From contig CAZYDR010000007.1 in assembly GCA_964645285.1 (NCBI GenBank), forward strand, positions 1 through 59,344: DNA of 59,344 nt, written 5' to 3'. Positions 1 through 10,913 of the stretch are shown here, in pieces. Position 1 is the first letter of the stretch; every line of letters starts with the position of its first letter. The translations under genes were made by a program, and so were the position numbers. Below the pieces are notes generated by a model that was given only the letters and a program-made list of their open reading frames with translations, did not search any database and was not told where the DNA came from. Source of the DNA: an uncultured Alphaproteobacteria bacterium (GTDB taxonomy: Bacteria; Pseudomonadota; Alphaproteobacteria; JAAXGF01).

Positions 1-107
1 ATTGAATCAATCTATCCCAATTCATACAATCAAATTAATAGGTCCTGAGCCTAATGTTTCGTTTGTCTTTGCTAAGACTTCGTTAGCATTGAACACATCG
101 CCGAAAC

Positions 108-122
108 TGGCACATTTGTTGC
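108..122 (+). promoter_or_regulatory. sigma54 (RpoN) -24/-12 promoter upstream of small secreted protein gene
   Basis: TGGCAC-ATTTG-TTGC matches TGGCAC-N5-TTGC exactly; ends 45 bp before the ATG at 168. Confidence 0.75.
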
Positions 123-167
123 GGCTATTAACACAGGATCATGCCTCCCCAAATGGAGGGTAAGCAA

Positions 168-473
168 ATGTATCGCGTTGGATTGTTACTCACGTCGTTG
201 GTTATTGTGCTCTGGTCGTTCCCGGCCACGGCGCAGCAGCAACCGCCCTGCGTTGACCGGGCCAATTTTCTTGAACATCTCTCGTCCAATTACGAGGAAG
301 CGCCGGTCGCCATGGGCCTTACCACCGGCGGTGGCCTGCTTGAAGTCGTCGTGTCGCGGACCGGCTCGTGGACCATCATCGTGACCACGCCCAACGGAAT
401 TTCCTGTGGCGTCGCCTCGGGCGAAAGGTGGGAGAGCACCTTCGACACCCTGTACCAGGAACCGCAGGCCTAG
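168..473 (+). CDS. small secreted hypothetical protein of a conserved alphaproteobacterial type (two Cys)
   Basis: RBS GGAGG at 155-159, ATG 168; signal peptide MYRVGLLLTSLVIVLWSFPATA; mature part CxxR...YEEAPVAMG...GSWTIIVTxPxGxSC...GERW. Confidence 0.75.
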   Translation: MYRVGLLLTSLVIVLWSFPATAQQQPPCVDRANFLEHLSSNYEEAPVAMGLTTGGGLLEVVVSRTGSWTIIVTTPNGISCGVASGERWESTFDTLYQEPQA

Positions 474-486
474 GAAGAGGTTGGGT

Positions 487-520
487 CGGCAAGTATTGCC
501 GGGGGTCGGCAAATTCGGCC
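487..520. promoter_or_regulatory. paired GGCA-N5-TGCC dyads (FlbD/ftr-like enhancer boxes)
   Basis: CGGCAA-GTA-TTGCCG perfect palindrome at 487-501; second imperfect copy CGGCAAATTCGGCC at 507-520, 20-bp period. Confidence 0.5.
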
Positions 521-565
521 TACCGGCGTCAGGCAAGGCGCCTTTGATACGGCGGTATGCCTGTC

Positions 566-581
566 GTTAACTCGTTGTTAA
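566..581 (-). promoter_or_regulatory. CtrA-binding box
   Basis: GTTAA-CTCGTTG-TTAA, which reads TTAA-N7-TTAAC on the minus strand; upstream of a cell-wall carboxypeptidase gene. Confidence 0.65.
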
Positions 582-866
582 GCAATATTTGTTCTTTAGA
601 CATAGATGTCCGTTTCGGTGGCCCCATACAGTCGTCTTCATGGTCAGGGAACGTCGGAAATACGTGACGTTTCGCGATTCAAAGCATAGAGATGCAAAAC
701 CAGCCGCGATTGCTGGTCAGCCACCACGTCTTTTCTTCAGGGTATGGACAGGCGCAGAAATATTAGCTAGCCTCTGCCCGATTCGCCTTTTGAAGTCTAT
801 GATTAGCGCGAATAATACAGCGGCTCATTTTTTGGACCGTCGCGCGATCGAGTGGTGCACAAGCGA

Positions 867-2024
867 ATGCGTATAGGGGTGGCAACGGCAATCAGGGGAA
901 CGATCGCGGCAATTTGCCTGGCGGTCGCGGTGATCGTCGTTTCGTCATCGCCGGTCCGGGCAAGCCCGGCGGCCGTGGTCATAGACGGTAACACCGGCGC
1001 CGTGCTCTATCAAAGCAACATAAATCACCGCCATTATCCCGCGTCATTGACTAAGATGATGACTCTCTATCTGTTGTTTGAGGCCATCGACCGGGGGCAA
1101 TTGACCCTGGAGACCAAGCTGTTCGCTTCCAAGCGCGCCGCCGGCCAGCCCAATTCCAAGCTCGGTTTGCGCAAGGGCCAAAGCATCCGCGTGCGCGAGG
1201 CGATCCTGGCCCTGATCGTCAAGTCGGCCAACGACGTGGGGACGGTTGTCTCGGAAGCCCTGGCCAACACCGAAAGCGAATTCGCCGACGTTATGACCAG
1301 GAAGGCCCTGGCCCTGGGAATGACGAAAACCCGGTTCCGCAACGCCACGGGCTTGCCCAATAAAGGCCAGCTCAGCACCGCCGGTGATCTGGCCAAGCTG
1401 GCCTTCGCGCTGTATCGCGATTTTCCCCAGTACTATCACTATTTCGGTGAGACCAGTTTTGTCTATCGGGGCAAGACCTATCGTGGCCACAACACCTTCG
1501 TTGCCGCCTATTCCGGCGCCGATGGCCTGAAGACCGGCTATATCCGGGCCTCGAAGTTCAATCTGGCGGCCTCGGCGGTGCGCGGTGACCAGCGCCTGTT
1601 CGCGGTCGTGCTGGGCGCCTATTCGCCGAAGAAGCGGGATCGTCAGATGGCCAAGCTGATGGATCAGGTATTTGGCGATGTGGGCGCCCGCCGGGTGGCC
1701 GATTCAGGACAACCGCCGCCGCCGGCACCGGAAAAACCGGTTATCGCCGCCAAGGGTCCCTGGGCCATTCAGGTCGGTGCGTTCTCTCGTGTTGAGGCCG
1801 CCTATGCGGCAATCAGCGAGAGTCTCAAGCACATCCCCGGCATCGTCACCAACGCAGCGTCTCTGATCACCCCGGTGGAGCAGGGCGACGGCGATCTGTT
1901 CCGCGCTCGTTTCGTCGGCGTCAGCTGGCGTGAAGCCCATCGGGCATGCCGAATTCTCAATCGCAAGCAGCTTGACTGCGAAGTCGTCCAACACCTGTCG
2001 AGCACCCTGGCCCTGGCCAACTAG
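867..2024 (+). CDS. D-alanyl-D-alanine carboxypeptidase (peptidase S11) with C-terminal SPOR domain
   Basis: Signal peptide; SxxK (PASLTKMMT), SxN (KSAND), KTG (GLKTGYIRAS); C-terminal WAIQVGAF...FRARF SPOR-like region. Confidence 0.9.
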   Translation: MRIGVATAIRGTIAAICLAVAVIVVSSSPVRASPAAVVIDGNTGAVLYQSNINHRHYPASLTKMMTLYLLFEAIDRGQLTLETKLFASKRAAGQPNSKLGLRKGQSIRVREAILALIVKSANDVGTVVSEALANTESEFADVMTRKALALGMTKTRFRNATGLPNKGQLSTAGDLAKLAFALYRDFPQYYHYFGETSFVYRGKTYRGHNTFVAAYSGADGLKTGYIRASKFNLAASAVRGDQRLFAVVLGAYSPKKRDRQMAKLMDQVFGDVGARRVADSGQPPPPAPEKPVIAAKGPWAIQVGAFSRVEAAYAAISESLKHIPGIVTNAASLITPVEQGDGDLFRARFVGVSWREAHRACRILNRKQLDCEVVQHLSSTLALAN

Positions 2025-2040
2025 GCGCTTCAATAGCGCC

Positions 2041-3621
2041 ATGAGCGAATCCGAACAGCAAGATCCTTCCTCCGACGCCTTCGTTGAATGGGCGCGGGGA
2101 CAGGCTGTCTCCCTGTCCATTCCGCGCCGCGACGACGACTACGATGACCTCGGGTTCATTGCCGACGTAATTGGTAGAAAGCGGATCGTCACCGTCGGTG
2201 AGAGCGCCCACTATCTCCACGAGTGGAACCGCTGGCGGGCCCGGTTGTTCAAGTACCTGGCCCTTGAGCATGGCTTCAGCACATTTGTGCTCGAATTAGC
2301 GCTGGTCGAGGGCCGTCTGGTGCACGACTACGTCGCCGGCGCCGATTGCGACTGGGACGATGTCGCCGCCGCCATCAACAACGTCTGGGGCGTTTGGGCC
2401 GAGATCAACGACCTTGTCCGCTGGATGCGCGCATGGAACGCCAATCCAGACCGGCCGCGAGAGCTCCGCTTCTACGGCATGGACGGCACCGGCAATTGGG
2501 GCCATGCCCGGTTCGTCTATCGCGCCGTGCACGACTACGCCAGCCGGGTCGACCAGGCCCTTGCCGACGATATCGCCCGGGACTTCGAGCAGGCCGTCGA
2601 GGACGTAACCGTCGTGACCCGCGCGAGCGTGTCGGCATCCAGGTTCAGGGAATTGATCGGCGCGGCATCCCTGGTGCTGAGCCGGATAGAGCAGGCGCGA
2701 ATTCCCTACACCAAGGCCACTTCCCATGACGATTACGATTGGGCGCTGCGCTGCGCGCAAATTCTTCGCGACGTGTTCCAGGCCATCGCCCAAACCGACA
2801 TCGATTTCGATATTGGCGTTCGCGAGTTCTGGAATGTGCGCGATGTCTCCATGACGGAATCGCTGCGCTGGATTCGCGAGCGCGAAGGCGCCGATGTGGG
2901 CATGGTGATCGGGGCCCACAACACCCACCTGCAAATGCACCCGGTTCGTGACCTGAAGGCGACCTCCATGGGCTCGTATTTCACCAACCGCTTCGGGCGC
3001 GAGGACGTTCTTCACATTGGCAGCGCGAGTGAGCGCTCGTTGAAAGGCGAGCCGGCGCAACCCGACAGCAATCAGGCCGCCTATGGCCGTATCGGCCCGG
3101 ATTGCTTTTTCCTGGATTTACGCGCCGCGCCGACAAGCGGTCCCGTGGCGGACTGGCTCAAGGTCGAGCGCCCGGACCGCTCGAACCTGCGATACCAGCC
3201 GGTATGCGCCGGCGATGCCTGGGACTGCCTGATTTTCCACCGGACCCTGTCCCTTGGCGAGGTCGATCTGCCAGGTTTTCTACACTCGCCGCTGGCCGAG
3301 CCTGCCGTCGACGAGCTTGAGCGTCTCAGCGGCCGCTACATAATCTATGGATTCCTTGCCGCCGTAAACACGCTCGACTTGTTTTTCGAGGACGGGACCC
3401 TCTTCACCGACGGTCAGGACGACACCAGCGGCGAAGTGTTTCCGCCGTTCAAGACGCCGATCCATTTCTGTCAGGACGGCCGCTTTCGCTGGTCGGTCTG
3501 GCCGTCCATCATCGAGTTTCATCCGGGCGAAGGCCCGGTGGCGGTGTCCGTCACCACGCCGGGCGGCGCCCTGTATCACGGCGAGCGGATCGGCGATGCC
3601 GTCCGGTTAGGCGGCGCTTAG
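2041..3621 (+). CDS. erythromycin esterase (EreA/B/ChaN-like) family protein with C-terminal extension
   Basis: IVTVGESAH, LFKYLALEHGF, LVRWMRAWN, FYGMD, RDVSM, AHNTH motifs; ATG 2041 just after the dac stop. Confidence 0.8.
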   Translation: MSESEQQDPSSDAFVEWARGQAVSLSIPRRDDDYDDLGFIADVIGRKRIVTVGESAHYLHEWNRWRARLFKYLALEHGFSTFVLELALVEGRLVHDYVAGADCDWDDVAAAINNVWGVWAEINDLVRWMRAWNANPDRPRELRFYGMDGTGNWGHARFVYRAVHDYASRVDQALADDIARDFEQAVEDVTVVTRASVSASRFRELIGAASLVLSRIEQARIPYTKATSHDDYDWALRCAQILRDVFQAIAQTDIDFDIGVREFWNVRDVSMTESLRWIREREGADVGMVIGAHNTHLQMHPVRDLKATSMGSYFTNRFGREDVLHIGSASERSLKGEPAQPDSNQAAYGRIGPDCFFLDLRAAPTSGPVADWLKVERPDRSNLRYQPVCAGDAWDCLIFHRTLSLGEVDLPGFLHSPLAEPAVDELERLSGRYIIYGFLAAVNTLDLFFEDGTLFTDGQDDTSGEVFPPFKTPIHFCQDGRFRWSVWPSIIEFHPGEGPVAVSVTTPGGALYHGERIGDAVRLGGA

Positions 3622-4788
3622 CACCCGCCGGGCGATGTCCTGAGCGTCCGCAAATTCCACATCGCGACAATTGGCGGCCCGCATGGGACCGTTTTCCGGC
3701 GCCATGGTCAGTTCGGCGAGGTGATCTCTATCCCCTTCGCCGAGGCCTGCATCCGACAGTGACACCGGCAGGCCCGTGGCCTTGAGCAGGGCGGTAAAGG
3801 TCGGCCCCGCCAGAGCCGCCGCCGCGCCATCATCGAGACCGTCGCAGGGCGCGCCCAAGGCCCGCGCCACGGCGCTGTGAGCGGCCGGCGCGGCTTCGGC
3901 GTTCCACGCCAGTGCGGCGCTGAGGCACAATCCGACGGCGCGGCCGTGATGGACGCCGGCCAAAGCACCCAGGGCGTGACCCATGGCATGGGCGATGCCG
4001 GTGGCGGTGGCGTCGAAGCCGATGCCGGCCAGGGTTGCCGCCAACATCACCGCGCCCCGGGCCTCCAGGTCGTCGGGCGCCGCGACGGTGCGTACCAGGG
4101 CGCCGTCGGCCAATAGGCGAATGGCATGCAGGCAATAGGCATCGGCCATGGGGTTGGCGCGGCGCACGGTGCAGCCCTCGATGGCGTGGACCATGGCGTC
4201 GATGCCCGTAGCGGCGGTCAAGCCGGCCGGCAACCCGACCGTCAGGGCCGGGTCGAGCAGCGCCATGGTAGCGCGCAATCCTTCGCTCCAAACCCACAGC
4301 TTGCGCCCGTCATCGCTGGTAATCACCGAGGTCCGCGTTACTTCCGAGCCGGTGCCGGCGGTGGTCGGGATGCAGACCCGGGGCAGGCCGCCCCGGGGCA
4401 GGGGATTGACGCCGAGGGCAAAGTGTTCGGCGTTTTCTTGCGCCGGCACCAGGGCGGCGGCGAGCTTGGCGGTATCAAGCGCCGAACCACCGCCGAGACC
4501 GACCACGGCACTGGCGCCCCGGCTGCGCGCCAACTCGGCGGCTTCGTCGGCCGAGGTCGCCAGTGGGTCGCTCTTCACATCGGTGAAGCTGACGACCGTC
4601 AGGCCGGCGCCTTCAAGGATGCCCTGAACCTGCCCGGTCAGCCCGGCATCGGCGACACCCGGGTCGGAAACCAGCAGTACTGCGGCGCCATCGCCGCCGA
4701 GTCGGGCGACATCAGCGCCCAGCTTGTTGACGCGGCCGGCGCCGAAAGCGATACGGGTTGGCGTGTTGAAATTGAAGTTTTGCGGCAT
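3607..4788 (-). CDS. iron-containing alcohol dehydrogenase
   Basis: PTRIAFGAG, GLGGGSALDTAK, IPTTAGTGSEVT, DAMVHAIEG, HAMGH...HHG metal ligands. Confidence 0.9.
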   Translation of the reverse strand: MPQNFNFNTPTRIAFGAGRVNKLGADVARLGGDGAAVLLVSDPGVADAGLTGQVQGILEGAGLTVVSFTDVKSDPLATSADEAAELARSRGASAVVGLGGGSALDTAKLAAALVPAQENAEHFALGVNPLPRGGLPRVCIPTTAGTGSEVTRTSVITSDDGRKLWVWSEGLRATMALLDPALTVGLPAGLTAATGIDAMVHAIEGCTVRRANPMADAYCLHAIRLLADGALVRTVAAPDDLEARGAVMLAATLAGIGFDATATGIAHAMGHALGALAGVHHGRAVGLCLSAALAWNAEAAPAAHSAVARALGAPCDGLDDGAAAALAGPTFTALLKATGLPVSLSDAGLGEGDRDHLAELTMAPENGPMRAANCRDVEFADAQDIARRVLSAA

Positions 4789-4961
4789 GACAGGCCCTGT
4801 AAGTGGCGGTATGAAGGGCGCATAGAGGGCGCGAGAGGCGGCCAAAGTCAAGGAATGAAGCGGCTTTCAGAGGCATTTACCCCTTGCCCCTTTTATTGCC
4901 ACCCCCAAATCCGATATTATAGGTAGAACAACGATCGACCATGACCGGACTTTGACTGCAT

Positions 4962-5285
4962 ATGAGCGATAAGCGATACGGCGGGAGCGGTCCGACCACC
5001 TCGGTGGTTACCAAGACCAAACCCAAGATCAAGAAGCCGTCCCTGTACAAGGTGCTGCTGCTGAACGACGACTACACGCCCATGGAGTTCGTCGTCATGC
5101 TGCTGGAGAGCGTCTTCCGCAAGAGCCAGGAGGAGGCGACCCGCATCATGCTTCACGTGCACCAGCGCGGCGTTGGCATCTGCGGTGTTTTCACCTATGA
5201 CGTGGCCGAGACCAAGGTGAACCAAGTGATGGACATGGCCCAGCGTCACGAGCACCCCCTGCAAGTCACCATGGAACGAGAGTAA
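4962..5285 (+). CDS. clpS: ATP-dependent Clp protease adaptor ClpS
   Basis: [17 protein letters not shown]...[24 protein letters not shown]; directly upstream of clpA. Confidence 0.97.
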   Translation: MSDKRYGGSGPTTSVVTKTKPKIKKPSLYKVLLLNDDYTPMEFVVMLLESVFRKSQEEATRIMLHVHQRGVGICGVFTYDVAETKVNQVMDMAQRHEHPLQVTMERE

Positions 5286-5300
5286 GGCGGCAATTTACCC

Positions 5301-7610
<2,310 letters not shown>

Positions 7611-7625
7611 ATCACGGGACCGTTT

Positions 7626-8210
7626 GTGCTTACCGCCCGTAATCTCGCCGTCAACGGCATTGTCCCTTGCGACATTCATTTAGACGCCGGTGAATGCGTC
7701 ACGCTCTCGGGCGCTTCGGGCTCGGGCAAGTCCCTGGTACTGCGGGCCCTGGCCGATCTTGATCCCCATGATGGCGACATTGCCCTCGACGGCGAAGCGC
7801 AGTCCGTGACCCCGGCGCCGACGTGGCGTCGTCAGGTCGCCTACCTTGCCTCCGAGCCGGGCTGGTGGGAGGATCGCATCGCGCCCCACTTCCCCGACGA
7901 CGAGGCGGTTGCGCCGTGGCTTGGCGCCCTCGGCCTGTCGCCCACCCTGCTGGCGCAAACTGTCGCCACGGCCTCGACCGGCGAGCGCCAGCGCCTGGCG
8001 CTGATCCGCACGCTGCTGCTTGAACCCCGGGTGCTGCTGCTCGATGAGCCGACCTCGGGCCTCGATGATGAGGCGGCGGGGCGGGTTGAAGTAGTGCTTG
8101 GCGAGCGGCTCGCGGCGGGCACGGCGATCTTGCTGGTAACCCACGACCGCCGCCTGGCCGAGCGCATGGGCCAGCGGCACCTGCGCATCGCGGGCGGAGT
8201 GCTGGCATGA
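7626..8210 (+). CDS. ABC transporter ATP-binding protein, FetA/YbbL-like
   Basis: Walker A GASGSGKS, STGERQR signature, LLLDEPT, VTHD; coupled to a UPF0014 permease. Confidence 0.85.
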   Translation: MLTARNLAVNGIVPCDIHLDAGECVTLSGASGSGKSLVLRALADLDPHDGDIALDGEAQSVTPAPTWRRQVAYLASEPGWWEDRIAPHFPDDEAVAPWLGALGLSPTLLAQTVATASTGERQRLALIRTLLLEPRVLLLDEPTSGLDDEAAGRVEVVLGERLAAGTAILLVTHDRRLAERMGQRHLRIAGGVLA

Positions 8211-9004
8211 TCGTCTCCCTCGACGCCTTCGATCTCGCTCTGGCCGCCCTGCTGGTGGTGCTCAACGCTATCCTGTCACGGCGTCTCGGCCTGGCCCTGG
8301 AGCGGCCCCTGCTGGTCGCCGCCACGCGGACGGCGGTGCAGTTGTTCCTGGTCGGCTTTGTCATCAAGGCGCTATTCGCGCTGCAGTCGCCGCTGTGGAC
8401 CGGGCTTATGGCTCTGGTCATGATCCTGGCCGCCGGCTACGAGGTTCTCGCCCGTCAGAGCCGGCGTTTCACCGGGGTCTGGGCCTATGGCCTGGGCACC
8501 CTGAGCGTCGCCGCCGGGGCCGGGTTGGTGACCCTGCTGGCCTTGTCGGTGGTGGTCCAGCCCGAGCCCTGGTACCAGCCGCGCTATGCGGTGCCGTTGC
8601 TCGGCATGGTGCTGGGTAACGCCATGACCGCGATCAGCCTGGCGCTTGACTCCCTGGTCACCTCGGCGAACCGCGAGCGCGCCGCCATCGAGGCCCGCCT
8701 GGCGCTCGGCGCCGACCGGGCGACAGCCATGCGCTCAGTCGCCCACCAGGCCCTGCGCACCGGCCTGATGCCGATCATCAACGCCATGTCGGCGGCCGGC
8801 ATCATCGCGCTGCCCGGCATGATGACCGGCCAGATCCTCGCCGGCGCCGACCCTGTCGAGGCGGTCAAATATCAGATCCTGATCATGTTCCTGATCGCCG
8901 GCGGCACCGGCATCGGCGTCTTCCTGGCGGTCACCATCGGCGCCCGCCGCCTCAGCGACCAGCGCCACCGGTTGCGGCTGGATCGGCTGAGGGCGGCGGA
9001 ATAA
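8207..9004 (+). CDS. fetB: ABC transporter permease, FetB/YbbM (UPF0014) family
   Basis: RTAVQL, P.Y.VPLLGMVLGNAMT, IEARLALGA, LPGMMTGQILAGADPVEAVKYQILIMF. Confidence 0.85.
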   Translation: MIVSLDAFDLALAALLVVLNAILSRRLGLALERPLLVAATRTAVQLFLVGFVIKALFALQSPLWTGLMALVMILAAGYEVLARQSRRFTGVWAYGLGTLSVAAGAGLVTLLALSVVVQPEPWYQPRYAVPLLGMVLGNAMTAISLALDSLVTSANRERAAIEARLALGADRATAMRSVAHQALRTGLMPIINAMSAAGIIALPGMMTGQILAGADPVEAVKYQILIMFLIAGGTGIGVFLAVTIGARRLSDQRHRLRLDRLRAAE

Positions 9005-9017
9005 TGAAGGAATTTCG

Positions 9018-9117
9018 ACCACCAAGGCACCAAGGCTCCAAGGAGTAAGAAAAGGATCGTTAGGGCGCTTCGCGCCAAGAATCTTTCACTTCCTTGGTGT
9101 CTTTGTGCCTTGGTGGT
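9018..9117. repeat. palindromic REP/MITE-like element, copy A (arms of 3 x 8-bp CACCAAGG-type units)
   Basis: Arms 9018-9044 and 9091-9117 are inverted repeats (24/27 match); internal GGCGC-TTC-GCGCC mini-hairpin at 9064-9076. Confidence 0.85.
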
Positions 9118-9136
9118 GAACTCCCTTACTTCCTGA

Positions 9137-9481
9137 CTAGACGTCGACGCCTTTGATTTTCCGCCAATTGAGCGGATAGACCGTGACCACCGCGCGGGCC
9201 TTTTTGACGTGATAGAAGTGCCAGGTACCATCGGGCAACCACAGGCTGTCGCCGGGGTTCAGGTCGTGGGTGCCGTCCTCCAGCTCAATCGTCAGAACGC
9301 CGTCCAGCACGTAGATCCACTCGTCATAGAGCACGGTCCATTCAAACTCGAAGTTCTCCATCTCCATGACGGAGGCGGACATGGTGGTACTCACCGACGG
9401 GTCGACGTCGCGAGCGATATTGGCGCCGGGCGCCAGCTCGGCAAACTTCCTGGATGCGGCTCTCGATATCTTGGCTGCCAT
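9137..9481 (-). CDS. cupin, EutQ/Cupin_3-like
   Basis: FEWTVLYDEWIYVLDGVLTIE...LNPGDSLWLPDGT cupin motifs; RBS GGAGGAG upstream. Confidence 0.85.
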   Translation of the reverse strand: MAAKISRAASRKFAELAPGANIARDVDPSVSTTMSASVMEMENFEFEWTVLYDEWIYVLDGVLTIELEDGTHDLNPGDSLWLPDGTWHFYHVKKARAVVTVYPLNWRKIKGVDV

Positions 9482-9546
9482 TGATTGTCTCCTCCGTAAG
9501 TCAGGTTATGGGTCGGCGATTACTCTAGACCGGGGATTCGCGGATG

Positions 9547-9584
9547 ACCACCAAGACACGCAGGCAGCAAGACGTAGGAAAAGG
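9547..9584 (+). repeat. degenerate half copy (left arm plus start of spacer) of the palindromic element
   Basis: ACCACCAAGACACGCAGGCAGCAAGACGTAGGAAAAGG aligns with the copy A left end ACCACCAAGGCACCAAGGCTCCAAGGAGTAAGAAAAGG. Confidence 0.6.
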
Positions 9585-9589
9585 TTTTG

Positions 9590-9688
9590 ACCACCAAGGT
9601 ACAAAGACACCAAGGAAGTGAAAGATTCTTGGCGCGAAGCGCCTTAAAGAGCTTTGCTTGCTTCTTGGTGTCTTTGTGCCTTGGTGGT
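9590..9688. repeat. palindromic REP/MITE-like element, copy B
   Basis: Arms ACCACCAAGGTACAAAGACACCAAG / CTTGGTGTCTTTGTGCCTTGGTGGT; 9590-9643 is the reverse complement of 9064-9117 at 53/54; GGCGC-GAA-GCGCC hairpin at 9631-9643. Confidence 0.85.
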
Positions 9689-9703
9689 GAACCTTCTTCC
9701 TCC

Positions 9704-10867
9704 CTAATCCTCCTTGCGAAACGGCGCGTAGGTGGCCAGGGCCTCGATTTCCTGGTCGACGGCCGGGCGTTCGTGATCGAGGTAGTCGGCGACCGCTTCG
9801 CGCAGGCCCTCGTGGCGAATCCAGTGGGCGCTATAGGTGTGCACCGGCATGTAGCCCCGGGCGATCTTGTGGTGGCCCTGGGCGCCGGCCTCGACGCGGG
9901 CGAGGCCGTGGTCGATGGCGAACTCGATGGCGCGGTAGTAACAGAGCTCGAAATGGAGGAACGGGAAGTAGCCCAGCGCCCCCCAGTTGCGGCCATAGAG
10001 GGCGTCGCCGCCGAGCATGTTGTAGGCTCCGGCGACCACTCGGCCGTCATGGCTGGCGAGCATCAGCACGACCTTATGGGCTATGGTCTCGCCGAGCCGG
10101 TCGAAGAACTCGCGGGTCAGGTAGGGATAACCCCATTTGCGGTCGGCAGTGGCCATGTAACACTCGAAGAACGCATTCCAATGTACTGTTGTTAAATCAT
10201 TGTTCGTGAGAATTTCGATAGTCAATCCGGACTCCGCCGCCGCCCGCCGTTCGCGCTTCACCGCCTTGCGTTTGCGCGACGTCAGGCTCGCCAGGAAGCC
10301 GTCGAAATCCTCATAACCGTCGTTGAACCAGTGGAACTGGCGGTCGCTGCGGCGCAGGAAACCGACATCGCCCAGGTCGCGCCATTCGTCCTCGGGCAGG
10401 AAGTTGACGTGCAGCGACGAGACCTCGGCCCGCTCGGTCAGTTCGACGGCGGCGGCGATCAGGCCGCGCCGTGCCTCGAAGGCCTGGGGGCCGGGCCGGG
10501 TCATGAGCCGGGGGCCGGCGACCGGCGAGAACGGCGCCGCCGAGAGGAACTTCGGGTAGTACGCCCCGCCGGCCCGCTCGAAGGCGTCGGCCCAGCCGTG
10601 GTCGAAGATGTACTCGCCCTGGGAATGGGACTTGAGATAAAGCGGCATGGCCCCGACCACCCGGCCGTTCATGTCCTCGACCACGATATGCTGAGGCATC
10701 CACCCGGCCTCGGCCGTAGCCGATCCGGAATCCTCCGCCGCCGCCAGAAAGGCATGGCAGACGAACGGATTCAGAGCCCCGGCACAGGCATCCCAATCCA
10801 CCGCCCGAACCTCGCCAATGCCACTCAGCACCCGAGCCGTAAACAGCCCTCGCTCACTATCACCCAT
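9704..10867 (-). CDS. GNAT/FemAB-like protein (DUF482, peptidoglycan biosynthesis/recognition family)
   Basis: YLKSHSQGEYIFDHGWADAFERAGGAYYPK, LYGRNWG, LHFELCYYRAIEFAI, EAGAQGHHKIARGY. Confidence 0.92.
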   Translation of the reverse strand: MGDSERGLFTARVLSGIGEVRAVDWDACAGALNPFVCHAFLAAAEDSGSATAEAGWMPQHIVVEDMNGRVVGAMPLYLKSHSQGEYIFDHGWADAFERAGGAYYPKFLSAAPFSPVAGPRLMTRPGPQAFEARRGLIAAAVELTERAEVSSLHVNFLPEDEWRDLGDVGFLRRSDRQFHWFNDGYEDFDGFLASLTSRKRKAVKRERRAAAESGLTIEILTNNDLTTVHWNAFFECYMATADRKWGYPYLTREFFDRLGETIAHKVVLMLASHDGRVVAGAYNMLGGDALYGRNWGALGYFPFLHFELCYYRAIEFAIDHGLARVEAGAQGHHKIARGYMPVHTYSAHWIRHEGLREAVADYLDHERPAVDQEIEALATYAPFRKED

Positions 10868-10913
10868 GGTTTGAGTGTGGGGTGGAATGGCGGGGATGGC
10901 AATGGTGGGGGCG

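Noticed and set aside
2041-3621. Macrolide resistance gene call
   Set aside because: Family membership alone does not imply erythromycin hydrolysis; no mobile or resistance context.
9018-9692. CRISPR array interpretation of the ~25-29 bp repeats
   Set aside because: Repeats alternate in orientation, spacing is irregular, a whole gene lies between them and no cas genes are present.
8872-10195. ORFs 8872-9231 (-) and 9587-10195 (+) sharing TTKxQRHQGSERFLARSAL
   Set aside because: The shared peptide is just the translated DNA repeat; both ORFs overlap well-supported genes.
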